Of a stretch of 64,000 nucleotides of DNA, positions 20,684 through 31,177 are shown piece by piece; the stretch's first letter is position 1; every line of letters starts with the position of its first letter. This DNA comes from an uncultured delta proteobacterium. GTDB taxonomy: Bacteria; Desulfobacterota; Desulfobacteria; Desulfobacterales; Desulfosalsimonadaceae. The notes under the pieces were generated by a model, which ran no database searches, was not told where the DNA came from, and saw only the letters and a list, made by a program, of their open reading frames with translations. The stretch spans positions 64,001 to 128,000 of the forward strand of contig CAWGYD010000010.1 in NCBI GenBank assembly GCA_963826785.1, read 5' to 3'. The translations under genes were made by a program, and so were the position numbers.

Positions 20684-22786
20684 ATGGATTATATCGAAAG
20701 AAAGATTAAGCTGATCGACCCTGATCATCCGTCCGGCGATGCGCCTGGTTCTCTTCGTATTATTGATACCAATCTGGATGCCCCTTCTGAAAACCGGCCG
20801 CACAAGAAAGAAACACCATTAACCCGAAAACAGCTCGTTAACAAAGTCAATCACACCCACTTTCAAAATCGCTCCATCCGGATCAACTTCAAACACATTC
20901 AGGATAACCGCATCATCTCCCTTGATGCTTATCCCCAACCCTGCTTCAGCACTTATATGGCATGTCTCTGGGCAGAATCGCCCGACCTGCGGCGTATTAG
21001 CGATTGCTGTGAATTTCAGGATTTCACCATCACCGACGGCCAACACCTGATTACCGCGCCAGGCATTCTGCGGGCACTCAATTCCCGCGGGATCTGCATT
21101 GCCCTGCCGGAGACCGGATGCCAAAGCAGCTGCCGCAAGGCCCGGCGTTTTTCATGTGAATCCCTTGAAGTCAGACTGATTCAAAACAGCGTGGTTTTTT
21201 CGGGTTCACTGGTCGATTTCAGTCCCCTCTCCTTTCGCATCGAAATCCATCCATCGCCCAGGGAACCTTTCCAGTGGCTGAATCTGAAAGATAAAATCAA
21301 CCTGGTGGTTTCATCCGGCGATGAAACGATATTTTCAGGAGAATGCCGATTCATCCGACAAAACGGAAGTCCCAGAAAAAGGCAGATCATCATAGAACCG
21401 GTCCATGATAACATCCAGCGATTCAACCCAAAGGTATACCGGAGCAAGCGCATCCAAATCAGCCCTTCCCCGGATATCCGCTTTACGCATCCACTCACCG
21501 GACAGAATGTCAGTCTGAAAGTGGTCGATATTTCAGGGTCTGGCATTTCAGTTGAGGATAATGAGGAGAATTCGGTCCTTCTGCCTGGAATGATTATCCC
21601 GGCCATGTCTCTGCGCTTTGCCAACAGCTTCAGCATGAACTGCAGGTCCCAGGTGGTATACCGAAAGTCCCTCAATGGCGCATCTAAAGAATCGGGGGTA
21701 AAATGCGGCATCGCCTTTCTGGACATGGACCCCGATGACCATATGCGCCTGCTGGCCATTCTGCACCAGGCTGAAAACAAGAACCTTTATGTATGCAATG
21801 AAGTGAACCTGGATGACCTTTGGTGCTTTTTCTTCGAAAGCGGGTTTATCTATCCCCGGAAATATGCCTTCATCCGTGACCAGAAGGACCGGATCCGGGC
21901 GACGTATGAAAAGCTTTATACTTCCCAGTCCAACATCGCGCGCCATTTTACCTGGCAGCAAAAAGGCGTTATTCAGGGGCATTTGTCCATGCTCCGATTT
22001 TATGAAAAAGCATGGCTGATTCACCACCTTGCAGCAGTGAAAACAGATGAGGGGGTGCGTATCGGCCTGGAGATGCTCAAGCAGATCGGATCATTCACCT
22101 ATGATTCCCACCGGCTTTTCTCAAGCCACATGGATTATTTGATGTGCTATTTCAGGCCGGAAAATCATTTCCCCAATCACTTTTTCGGTGGCGTGGCCAA
22201 AAACATCAACAATCCAAAATCCTGTTCCCTGGACACATTCGCCTATTTCCATTTCCATAAACCCACCGCACCCCAATCCGAGCCTGCTGTCGACTGGTCC
22301 TTGACCAAGGCCGTCTACGAGGATTTGGTGGAGCTGGAAATTTTTTATGAGCGCGTTTCCGGCGGACTGATGCTCAGCGCCTTCGATCTGACACCCGATG
22401 AACAAATGATGGACCGCACTGAACTTTCAGGGGAGTACCGCAAGCTGGGGTTAACCCGGGTGCGTCTGCTTTATGCACTGAAAGTCTGCAATAATTTAAA
22501 AGCAGTCATCATGGTCAACATATCCGATCTGGCCCTTAATCTCTCGGACCTGACCAACTGCATCACCATCTACATCATCGATTCCAAGGAATTGACTGCC
22601 GATATCATTCAATTGGCAGTTTCCCGGCTTTCGGATCAATATGACATGCGAAAATTTCCGACACTCATCTATCCGTCGTCGTATGCAGAAGCCCAATCCC
22701 TCCATTACGAAAAGGATTACCAATTGTGGGTGCTAAATACACACTTTTCGGATGATTACTTTAAGCAAATCGAATATCTCATTTGA
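20684..22786 (+). CDS. Tandem PilZ-domain protein with large uncharacterised C-terminal domain
   Basis: RKARR + DFSPLS and YRSKR + DISGSG PilZ motifs, CGIAF strand; C-terminal ~330 aa unassigned. Confidence 0.82.
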   Translation: MDYIERKIKLIDPDHPSGDAPGSLRIIDTNLDAPSENRPHKKETPLTRKQLVNKVNHTHFQNRSIRINFKHIQDNRIISLDAYPQPCFSTYMACLWAESPDLRRISDCCEFQDFTITDGQHLITAPGILRALNSRGICIALPETGCQSSCRKARRFSCESLEVRLIQNSVVFSGSLVDFSPLSFRIEIHPSPREPFQWLNLKDKINLVVSSGDETIFSGECRFIRQNGSPRKRQIIIEPVHDNIQRFNPKVYRSKRIQISPSPDIRFTHPLTGQNVSLKVVDISGSGISVEDNEENSVLLPGMIIPAMSLRFANSFSMNCRSQVVYRKSLNGASKESGVKCGIAFLDMDPDDHMRLLAILHQAENKNLYVCNEVNLDDLWCFFFESGFIYPRKYAFIRDQKDRIRATYEKLYTSQSNIARHFTWQQKGVIQGHLSMLRFYEKAWLIHHLAAVKTDEGVRIGLEMLKQIGSFTYDSHRLFSSHMDYLMCYFRPENHFPNHFFGGVAKNINNPKSCSLDTFAYFHFHKPTAPQSEPAVDWSLTKAVYEDLVELEIFYERVSGGLMLSAFDLTPDEQMMDRTELSGEYRKLGLTRVRLLYALKVCNNLKAVIMVNISDLALNLSDLTNCITIYIIDSKELTADIIQLAVSRLSDQYDMRKFPTLIYPSSYAEAQSLHYEKDYQLWVLNTHFSDDYFKQIEYLI

Positions 22787-22809
22787 TTGAATCACTTGAA
22801 AGAATTTAA

Positions 22810-23670
22810 ATGCGAAGCAAACAAATAGCCATTGCTCAAAATAAAACAGGAACAATTCCACAGCAGTATATTATGGAAAATGAGCAGGAAGCGCTTCGAA
22901 TGGAAATGAAGGCGGATGCCGAATCCATTCATCAGCAGGCAAACTGGGCCGGAATTCGACCAGGCATGAGAATAGCGGATATCGGATGTGGACCGGGAAA
23001 AACCACCCATATCTTAAGTGAGATGGCGCAGCCCGGAGGAAAAGCGGTCGGCATCGATTTTTCCGAAGATCGAATTAATTATGCACGCATGCATTATGGA
23101 ACCGAACAGGCCCAATTCCTGCGTCGCGATGTTCTGTCCGACCCTTTAATCGACATTGGCACATTCGATTTTATCTGGGTCCGTTTTCTGCTGGAATACC
23201 ACCGATCATCGAGTCGAAAAATCGTCAAAAAGCTTTCGGATTGCCTCAATCCGGGTGGCATCCTGTGCCTGATCGACCTGGATCATAACAGCATGAGCCA
23301 TTACGGCGCATCTGCCGCACTGGAAAAAGCATTGTATGAAATCATGAAGGAACTGGAAACGAAGCGAAATTTTGACCCTTTCGCCGGCAGGAAATTATAC
23401 TCATACCTGTACGATCTCGGGTTTGAGGATATCGATACACGCCTTTCCGCCCACCATCTGATTTTCGGCAAACTAAACGAAACCGATGAGTTCAACTGGA
23501 CCCAAAAAATCGAGGTGGCGGCCAAGCATTCCGGCTACGACTTCGGCGATTTTGACGGCGGATTCAAGGAATTCAGTAGCGCCTTCAAGTCTTTTTTCTC
23601 AGACCCCCGTCGATTTACCTACACCCCGCTGATCTGCTGCCGCGGGCGAAAACCGTTCGAGAAAATTTAA
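22810..23670 (+). CDS. Class I SAM-dependent methyltransferase
   Basis: ADIGCGPG, GIDFS, FDFIW, LNPGG motifs. Confidence 0.92.
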   Translation: MRSKQIAIAQNKTGTIPQQYIMENEQEALRMEMKADAESIHQQANWAGIRPGMRIADIGCGPGKTTHILSEMAQPGGKAVGIDFSEDRINYARMHYGTEQAQFLRRDVLSDPLIDIGTFDFIWVRFLLEYHRSSSRKIVKKLSDCLNPGGILCLIDLDHNSMSHYGASAALEKALYEIMKELETKRNFDPFAGRKLYSYLYDLGFEDIDTRLSAHHLIFGKLNETDEFNWTQKIEVAAKHSGYDFGDFDGGFKEFSSAFKSFFSDPRRFTYTPLICCRGRKPFEKI

Positions 23671-25676
23671 GATGCAGATGATAATTTCAATTCATCACGT
23701 CTGTCGATATGCATCTTTTCAAAAAATCGGATAAAGGCGTCCACGACCTGTGGATCAAAATAAGTCCCGCTGTTTTCCTTTATCATACCAAGGACTTCAT
23801 CTGCAGGTACAGGACGGCTGTAATACCGGTTAGCCGTCAAGGCTTCAAAATAATCGGCGACAGCGATAATCCGTGATCCCAGGGAGATTTCATCCTTCTT
23901 CAACCCCTTGGGATAGCCGTTCCCGTCATACCGTTCATGGTGAGATCCTGCGATTTCCGGCACTTCCCGCAAATGCCCTTCGAAGTTGATTTTTTCGAGA
24001 ATTTCCTTTGTCTTGTCCGCATGAAATTTCATGTATTCATATTCGTAAGGCGTCAGTTTGTCCTTTTTCTTGAGCATGGAATCCGGGATGCCGATTTTGC
24101 CATAATCATGTAGCAATGCAGCCACCCGGACGGTTTCCGTATATTCCTTGTCGATTCCCATTTCTCCGCAAATCCCCACCGCGTATTCCGATACCCATTC
24201 CGAATGGCCTTTGGTTACGGGATCCCGGGCATCGATGCTGGAAACCAGCACCTTTAAAACCGATTTCAGCTGATTTTCCTTGGCCTGGAGGTGCTCGGTA
24301 TGCCGGATACTGATGCCGATGAAATGCGATATGCCCATCAGCAGGCTGATATCGCTGTGAACCAGCATCCGTTTGGACCGGATATTGTCCACCGCCAGAA
24401 TGCCGATACTTTCATTGTCGCAGATAATCGGACAGCAGATGAATGATCTGGCCCCCATTTTTTGTGCGAATTCAACGCTTTTAACAGACAGGGCACCCTG
24501 AATCTCGTTAATGTCATTCACCAGAAAGGGTTTCTGCTGACGGAATGAAACCACGAAAATACCTTTGGAATTTGGATTATCCAAATGAAAAAACAGCCGC
24601 TTCAAAACCGTCAATTGCTCATCGCTGTATCCGAATCCCGCCCTGAACTTTAGCCGTTTTGTGTCCTCATCCGCCAGCATGATCATTCCCCGATCGAAGT
24701 CCAGGCGATTCTTAAGCACCCGCACCACTTCTCCCAGTACATCTTCAAGATCGGTCATACGATTAACAATCTGGCCGATTTCCCGGGTGATCACCCGATT
24801 GTTATAATTGATTTCGATCTGATTGACCAGTTCATCACTCGATTCCTTGAGATTCTGCAGGGCGGCATCGAGACTGAGTTTGTCGATTTTTTCACTTCCC
24901 CAGGACATTGCCAGAATGATAATGGCAAAAACCAGGAAAAAAGGGAGCAGCGACTGGAACGGGAAAAAGAAAATTGCCCCCATGCTGACCAGAAAGAATA
25001 AGAGAGCAGCATAATTGGTAAAAATCTTAAAATATACCGCTAATGTTTTTTCCCAGGAGATGACATATCGACAGACGCTGTCACCCTTGAACATGCATTC
25101 CGGATGGTCAATAACGGGAGATTTGTTGATAAAAGCCATCGTTATGGCATCAAAAAAACCCTTCCGGTTTTCGCACTGAAAGGGCTTTTCCTTGATTCCC
25201 TCATAGGGCGTGACGGTGATTTCGACTTTATTGGCGGCCAGCATTTTCGCATCGTACCGGGCCGAACGGGTGAAATTCGCCGAAGCATTTCCAATCAACC
25301 TGTATGCTTTTGCCGGCGTGGCCAGCCCCAGCATATACTGACGCATCACGCCGATGGTCTCCGGAGATGCCGCATAACGTCCGGCCTCCCGGGCCATGTT
25401 TTCATTCCGGGTGAGCGCCACCAGCCGCTCGTAAAACCGGTCCACCTGGTTCTGGTTAAACCAGTGGCCCTGATCGTTGACTTCCTGGGGCTTCATCCGG
25501 GCATAATTGAGCAACTGGCTGATATTGATATCCGGATATTTTTTCCGGACCAGTTGAATGTAAGGCTGGATAATTCTGCTGTTATAAAGCGGCTGGTCGG
25601 CAATAAACTCGGAATTTGACATCCGGGCAATCCTCGCCTTAAAATAAATAAAGGTAATCAGCGGATGAATATCCAT
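23667..25676 (-). CDS. HD-GYP c-di-GMP phosphodiesterase with N-terminal H-NOX/V4R-like region, 2 TM helices and GAF domain
   Basis: TKGHS, LLHDYGKIG, HHERYDGNGYP, RIIAVAD; GAF (PFLVND, CCPII, GILAVDN); HPECMFKGDSVCRY V4R-like end; two hydrophobic helices. Confidence 0.9.
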   Translation of the reverse strand: MDIHPLITFIYFKARIARMSNSEFIADQPLYNSRIIQPYIQLVRKKYPDINISQLLNYARMKPQEVNDQGHWFNQNQVDRFYERLVALTRNENMAREAGRYAASPETIGVMRQYMLGLATPAKAYRLIGNASANFTRSARYDAKMLAANKVEITVTPYEGIKEKPFQCENRKGFFDAITMAFINKSPVIDHPECMFKGDSVCRYVISWEKTLAVYFKIFTNYAALLFFLVSMGAIFFFPFQSLLPFFLVFAIIILAMSWGSEKIDKLSLDAALQNLKESSDELVNQIEINYNNRVITREIGQIVNRMTDLEDVLGEVVRVLKNRLDFDRGMIMLADEDTKRLKFRAGFGYSDEQLTVLKRLFFHLDNPNSKGIFVVSFRQQKPFLVNDINEIQGALSVKSVEFAQKMGARSFICCPIICDNESIGILAVDNIRSKRMLVHSDISLLMGISHFIGISIRHTEHLQAKENQLKSVLKVLVSSIDARDPVTKGHSEWVSEYAVGICGEMGIDKEYTETVRVAALLHDYGKIGIPDSMLKKKDKLTPYEYEYMKFHADKTKEILEKINFEGHLREVPEIAGSHHERYDGNGYPKGLKKDEISLGSRIIAVADYFEALTANRYYSRPVPADEVLGMIKENSGTYFDPQVVDAFIRFFEKMHIDRRDELKLSSAS

Positions 25677-25802
25677 ACCATATCTGGCGAGATTTGCAAT
25701 CCGTATAAAACAGATCGATCCTGCAAATCAGATGGGAAATTTTTAAGAAATATTTCTCTTTATTCCCGGCTTTGGATTAAATGAATTTTCAGGCAGGCGG
25801 TG

Positions 25803-26903
25803 TCATTTATCATGAAGCCGGCAATTCTTTCGGGCACTTTCTGCCAGCATACGCGGCAGCCCCCCCTTTTCCGCCGGTAAAAACCCCATGGCCTTTTCCC
25901 AGACCTCATCATCTTCCATACAGAAATAAAGGGTCAGGTGAGGGTTTGCCTTGCGCAGCCGGGCGATGATACGGCGATACAATTGGATTCTTATCGGTTT
26001 GAAATACCGCATTTTATGATCGAGTCCGCGGATAAACTCCCCGTAAGCGATTGTTGAGGTTTTAAATCGCTTTTCGATTATCGGCTTTAAATCCGGCATG
26101 AACCTCAGTGAACCCAAACTGATCCAGGCGATATTTTCCGGAGATACATGCGAGAAGAGGAGATCAATCACTTCTTCATATTCTTCGGCGGCTCCCGGAT
26201 AGATGATCATGGGATCAAAATGGAAACCCAGGGGATATCCCATGGCTTCGCATCTGGCAGCCGCCCGGAATCGGTTCATCAGGCCTGCCGTTCCCCTCTC
26301 TTCGCTTTTGATGATGCGGGGCGTATTCAAAGACCAGGACATGATGGTCTTTTTGTGATGATCCAGATCCAACAGGTGGTCAATGCAGGTGGTTTTTGTC
26401 TTGATCTCCAGTGCGCTCCGGTCCTGCTGGGAAAAACGGGTGATCAATTTTTGGGAAATGGGATAAATATTTTCCCATACCAGGCTGTCCGTGTATTCTC
26501 CGGTCCCTACCCGGGAAATTTCATTTTGGACAAACAGGTGATCAAGGGCGGCATCCAGGTCTTCATGATTGACAAAGAACTGCATGAGGGGCGGATGAAA
26601 AAACGACTGAAGGATGCAGTAGGCGCAGTCCATGGGACAAAATGTCCCGATGTGCAGGATCTTGTATTGGCAGCAGACATACTGGCGGGTTCCGGGGCAG
26701 TCCCGGATAAAAGCCCCCTGGTTCCGGGTCAAAAGCAGGGTCTGTTTAGCCTCAGAAATTGGATCATCGGTTTTTGCAACCGCTTCATAGGCGATTTCAG
26801 GGGATCCGATAATGGCAGCCGGGGCATCGAGTCTGCTCAGGATGCTCGAAACAATAGGAGAATCCGCAACCTGGTGATCAATATAAATCTGCTTGATCTG
26901 CAA
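25803..26903 (-). CDS. Spore photoproduct lyase-like radical SAM protein
   Basis: CPMDCAYCILQ (CxxxCxxC), GTGEYTDSL, EIKTK, FHFDP, LYFCME; probable TTG start at 26903 (track start 26993). Confidence 0.85.
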   Translation of the reverse strand: MQIKQIYIDHQVADSPIVSSILSRLDAPAAIIGSPEIAYEAVAKTDDPISEAKQTLLLTRNQGAFIRDCPGTRQYVCCQYKILHIGTFCPMDCAYCILQSFFHPPLMQFFVNHEDLDAALDHLFVQNEISRVGTGEYTDSLVWENIYPISQKLITRFSQQDRSALEIKTKTTCIDHLLDLDHHKKTIMSWSLNTPRIIKSEERGTAGLMNRFRAAARCEAMGYPLGFHFDPMIIYPGAAEEYEEVIDLLFSHVSPENIAWISLGSLRFMPDLKPIIEKRFKTSTIAYGEFIRGLDHKMRYFKPIRIQLYRRIIARLRKANPHLTLYFCMEDDEVWEKAMGFLPAEKGGLPRMLAESARKNCRLHDK

Positions 26904-27864
26904 TTTCTTTGTTGATGATCCGCATAAATTTGGGGTTATGAATAAGAGATGCGATATATTTCTGCTGTTGTTGCAATTGGGGCAGGTTCTCAAAATTCAA
27001 TATCAGGCAGAACCGGGACCCTTCAAAGTTTTCAGGCGGCACCAGTTTCAGTCCCTCCGGAAATTCAAGATCTGAAACCAATTGCTGATATTGCTGCTCC
27101 CACAAGCTGATCGTCGGATATCGGCGTTTTTTTAATAAATATCGGAAACCATTGATTTTGTCCCGGCGGCTGATCTCGGGATGAGCGATCAACCGGGAAG
27201 CGGCCGCCTCCCGGATAAGGGAGGCAACCGTTGTCGACTCGACCGCAGCCGTTTCTGTCAGCAGGGTAAAGAGCTCCTTCTGCTGACTGACCGTTGGTTT
27301 CAACTGATCAAGGAGATCTACCAGCAAATCTGCGGAGACCCGATCCAGTCGATCCAGTTTCAAAATGATGTCCAGCGTGACGGTCTCAGTCGCCGCTGCC
27401 TGCTGAAATTTTTCTTCCAACCGGATCAACTGCCGTAATTTGGCAACAAAAGGCGGATTCAAAGAAAGCCCCCAGCCGTGGATATCCCTGCAGAGTGCTG
27501 TGTCATTATCATAGAAAGGAGAAATTCTGGAGATCGCGCGGGCCTGTTCGACAATATTCAAGCGGCGATGATATGCATTTTCGGCAATGGCGAGCCGAAG
27601 ACCCTCGAGCGGATGGGTATCCGCCGGGAGCAGACGCGCATCGATATTCGACCAGCCCAGGCGCTTGCACGCGGCGATCCGCCGGAAGCCGGCGACGATG
27701 ACATGCCGGCCTGTTGTCTCCTGCAGAACGGGCGGTGTGATCAGCCCGATGCGTGAAATGGATTCGACAAGATCATCAATCGAATTTTCGCTCGAGATCT
27801 TAAATCGGAGATCCGCTTCGGATACATGGTGCAGATCAACCGTTTCAGACCTGATTCGATCCAT
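26878..27864 (-). CDS. ParB/Srx N-terminal domain protein
   Basis: [29 protein letters not shown]...LNIVEQA. Confidence 0.85.
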   Translation of the reverse strand: MDRIRSETVDLHHVSEADLRFKISSENSIDDLVESISRIGLITPPVLQETTGRHVIVAGFRRIAACKRLGWSNIDARLLPADTHPLEGLRLAIAENAYHRRLNIVEQARAISRISPFYDNDTALCRDIHGWGLSLNPPFVAKLRQLIRLEEKFQQAAATETVTLDIILKLDRLDRVSADLLVDLLDQLKPTVSQQKELFTLLTETAAVESTTVASLIREAAASRLIAHPEISRRDKINGFRYLLKKRRYPTISLWEQQYQQLVSDLEFPEGLKLVPPENFEGSRFCLILNFENLPQLQQQQKYIASLIHNPKFMRIINKEIADQADLY

Positions 27865-28747
27865 GGCCGTCGACCAGCGCGGTTAACGCCTCTTTGTATT
27901 TCATATGGGTATTTTGAATCACTTCGGGCGGAAGTTTGGGGGCGGGCGGACTCTGATTCCAGTCCAGCGACAGGAGATAATCCCTGAGATATTGTTTGTC
28001 GTAGCTTTTCTGTGGGCCGCCGGGCACGTAGGCAGATTTTGGCCAGAACCGGGATGAATCGGGCGTCAGAACTTCATCAATCAGGATCAGCGATTCACCG
28101 TCAAATCCGAATTCGAATTTGGTATCGGCGATAATGATGCCTTTCTGCTCGGCGATCTGCGCACCTTTCAGATAAATGGCAATGCTGAGATCCCGAACTT
28201 TCTCGGCGGTTTCACGACCGATCAGATCGACGGTCTGTTGAAAATCGATATTGATATCATGACTTCCCAGTTCTTCCTTTGTGGACGGGGTGAAGATGGG
28301 CTCGGGCAGCCGGTCGGATTCCCTGAGACCCTCCGGAAGCCGGATGCCGCAGATGTCACCGCTTTTGCGGTAGGATTTCCAACCGGACCCGGAAATATAT
28401 CCGCGAACCACGCATTCCACCGGCAGCGGTCTTGTTTTTTTGACCAGCATGCTCCTTCCCCGGAGAATGTCTGCATAAGGTTTGCATACCTCCGGAAACG
28501 CATCCACCTCACTGGAAATCAGATGATTGTCCACCAGCGATTTCATCAGATCGAACCAGTAGACGGATATGGAGGTGAGAATGCTTCCCTTTTCCGGAAT
28601 CGGGTCATTCATGATCACATCGAATGCGGAAATCCGGTCCGATGCCACCAGCAGCAGTTCGTTCCCCAGATCATATATATCCCTGACCTTGCCCCGCTTG
28701 AGCAGGTTCAACTGGGGGAAATGAGTTTCAAATACCGGTTTTTTCAT
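27845..28747 (-). CDS. purC: SAICAR synthetase
   Basis: [49 protein letters not shown]. Confidence 0.97.
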   Translation of the reverse strand: MKKPVFETHFPQLNLLKRGKVRDIYDLGNELLLVASDRISAFDVIMNDPIPEKGSILTSISVYWFDLMKSLVDNHLISSEVDAFPEVCKPYADILRGRSMLVKKTRPLPVECVVRGYISGSGWKSYRKSGDICGIRLPEGLRESDRLPEPIFTPSTKEELGSHDINIDFQQTVDLIGRETAEKVRDLSIAIYLKGAQIAEQKGIIIADTKFEFGFDGESLILIDEVLTPDSSRFWPKSAYVPGGPQKSYDKQYLRDYLLSLDWNQSPPAPKLPPEVIQNTHMKYKEALTALVDGHGSNQV

Positions 28748-28784
28748 ATATCAGATTTATCCATTTCATCATCATATTGTTGGG

Positions 28785-29138
28785 TTAGTCGCCGTATTGT
28801 TTCTGAAATTCCCGTATGTATTTTTTCAGTACCGTCAGCGCTTCGGGACGGACTTCGATAAACTCGATGCCGGATTCAAACATTTTGTCATCGGCGCCAC
28901 GATTGGTATAAACCACTTTGCCCTTGATATCCACCAGTTCATCTTCGATGCCTAAAGAAAGGAATACCAGATACTTGGTTTCCACGGGCTCATGGGTCTC
29001 AAGCTGCAGACCGGTTTGGCTGATATTGAGCGTACGGCCCATTCCCTGCCGCCACTCTTTTCCGTCAGAATCCAGGCATACATAGGAAAGCAGGTTCAAG
29101 GAATCGTATCGCTCATGTTTCCGCTTGTTGTCAGTCAT
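28785..29138 (-). CDS. Single-domain PilZ protein
   Basis: RKHER and NISQTG canonical c-di-GMP-binding motifs; AAGGAG RBS. Confidence 0.9.
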   Translation of the reverse strand: MTDNKRKHERYDSLNLLSYVCLDSDGKEWRQGMGRTLNISQTGLQLETHEPVETKYLVFLSLGIEDELVDIKGKVVYTNRGADDKMFESGIEFIEVRPEALTVLKKYIREFQKQYGD

Positions 29139-29208
29139 GGTTTACTCCTTGTTTTGCGAAAAATAATTATTCGTTTTGAAATCCACAACCCGCTATCCGT
29201 TAAAACGG

Positions 29209-30387
29209 CTAATCGTCCGATGCGTTCTTCAGCAGGTCCACTACCCGTCCCGTGGTTACGGAAGTACATATCGATGTGTGCTGAATCATATTTCTCAACG
29301 TTTCCGAAAGACTGTCATATTCTTCCTTGATATCGGTCAGGTCGATGGGTTCTGCGGCAAAATCATCGGAAACAAACACAGACGCCGAATGCGGCTCATG
29401 GGAAGTATTTAGAAACGGGATATGGCCAACCACATCGTCTTCCTCAAGAGTGCAAATGTCAACGAACTGGCGTTTCATCTTCCTCAATATGCGCGCTTTT
29501 CCGGATCTGATCTGAAAGACGGAATCATTTTTTTCACTTACCCCGGCAAATGGTTTCATGCCTTTGGGGACATCGATCTGATTGGCTTTATGAACGATGG
29601 CATCCGCACAGGTGTTGGTAAGGTCCTTCAGGCGTTTATCAAGGGATGCGAGAATCCCTCTGAACTTTGCGGACATGCCGGAAACTTCTCGAAAAATGCG
29701 CTCATAGTCGATGACGCCGAGCTGCACCCGGCTCCTGGCAATCACCGTGGCGCTTCGGATATTGACTTTTTCAAACAGTGCGCCGATGCTTCCGATAAAC
29801 GCCCCGTCGGTCAGTTTGACAATGCTGACCCGGCCCTCCGGCAATGCCCTGAAAACTTCGACTGTCCCCTGCAGAACGACCCACAGCCAGCTTCCGTATT
29901 TTTCCTGAATGACGATCTCTTTGCCCTCAGAAAATTCCTCTTCATCCACGACATAGATATAGTCTACCAAAGGGCCGCGGATAATGGGCACATTCGCCTC
30001 ATCTTTGGTGACCAGGGCGGACCGGGTCGGCAGGGTCTGGCGGCCGAGTTTTTCGATGACACCGTCATCCACCATGCGGAGCCCATCCAGGATGATTTCC
30101 ATCCGGTTTTTACGGATCAGTTTTTCCGTGCTGACCGGCTCATTGGTAAATTCAAAGGTGGCGTCCACCCATCCGAAAAATGCATTGAGGGCATCGATGC
30201 CTCTTTTCTCTCCCATCTCGGCATTTATTGGATTCCCTTCATTTAAGTAGATGTATCCGGGGGCTTCCGCATAAATGCTGGTCAGCTTGATTGTGCCCGT
30301 GCTTCCGCTTCCGCCCAGAAGCTGCAGCAGTTCACCGAGGCCGATAAAATTGAGACTTCCCTTGAACACGACATTTGAAATCGTCAT
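29209..30387 (-). CDS. DUF4388-like + cyclic-nucleotide-binding domain protein
   Basis: GSLNFIGLGELLQLL...TGTI...IYLNEG...GWVDATFEF; then VVLQGTVEV...GAFIG...RSATVIA cNMP fold and a second degenerate copy. Confidence 0.82.
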   Translation of the reverse strand: MTISNVVFKGSLNFIGLGELLQLLGGSGSTGTIKLTSIYAEAPGYIYLNEGNPINAEMGEKRGIDALNAFFGWVDATFEFTNEPVSTEKLIRKNRMEIILDGLRMVDDGVIEKLGRQTLPTRSALVTKDEANVPIIRGPLVDYIYVVDEEEFSEGKEIVIQEKYGSWLWVVLQGTVEVFRALPEGRVSIVKLTDGAFIGSIGALFEKVNIRSATVIARSRVQLGVIDYERIFREVSGMSAKFRGILASLDKRLKDLTNTCADAIVHKANQIDVPKGMKPFAGVSEKNDSVFQIRSGKARILRKMKRQFVDICTLEEDDVVGHIPFLNTSHEPHSASVFVSDDFAAEPIDLTDIKEEYDSLSETLRNMIQHTSICTSVTTGRVVDLLKNASDD

Positions 30388-30393
30388 AAAATC

Positions 30394-31020
30394 TTAAACC
30401 GCCCACTTGAATTCATTTTGAAGATACTGAAGGGTGAGCTTCAATGTCTGGGTCAGTGTACCGCCCACCCCTTCTCCGGTCAGCGCACTTGCCGGAAATG
30501 AGGGCACCTGGAGTTGGCGATTGAGTTCCCGTTCCATCTTTTCAATCGGCATCAGCGGCAAGCCGTGTTTTTCCAAATCTCGTTTATTGTACTGAATTAC
30601 AAGGGGAATCTTTCGAATATTCAGACCGATTTTCTTCAAATTTTCATGAAGGTCTTTTAACGAATGCATGTTTTTTTCCCGCCGGACCTGAAGCGAGTCA
30701 GCCACGAAAACGACGCCATCGACGCCCTTCAAAACCAGTTCGCGGGTGGTACGGTACTTGACCTGTCCGGGTACGGTATACAACTGGACTTTGACATCGC
30801 ACCCTTTGATCTTGCCCAGTCCGAGCGGCAAAAAATCAAAAAAAAGGGTTCGGTCGCCTTCCGTGTCGATGGAGATCATTTTACCGATCACCTGTTTCTT
30901 AAACGCCTTGTGAATATATTCCAAGTTGGTTGTTTTACCGCTCCGTCCCGGTCCATAATAGACGATTTTGCATTCGATCTGCCGGTTCTTCAAGTTAATT
31001 ACTGCCATTGAGCGCTCCAT
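30394..31020 (-). CDS. mglA: MglA-family small GTPase
   Basis: KIVYYGPGRSGKTTNL, DRTLFFDFLP, LYTVPGQ, GVDGVVFVADS, QYNKRD. Confidence 0.92.
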   Translation of the reverse strand: MERSMAVINLKNRQIECKIVYYGPGRSGKTTNLEYIHKAFKKQVIGKMISIDTEGDRTLFFDFLPLGLGKIKGCDVKVQLYTVPGQVKYRTTRELVLKGVDGVVFVADSLQVRREKNMHSLKDLHENLKKIGLNIRKIPLVIQYNKRDLEKHGLPLMPIEKMERELNRQLQVPSFPASALTGEGVGGTLTQTLKLTLQYLQNEFKWAV

Positions 31021-31177
31021 CCATTGATTTTAATACTCATTTTGCGTTCAAGCGTTACCTTCCTGGCTGCATTTCCGGCTTCTCAACGCACTGTCCGTGC
31101 ACTTTCGCCGCCTCCCAAACCAAATGGCCGCCTTTGATTTTGATTGCAAAATGGCATGAGGCAATCGTAATTGACTT

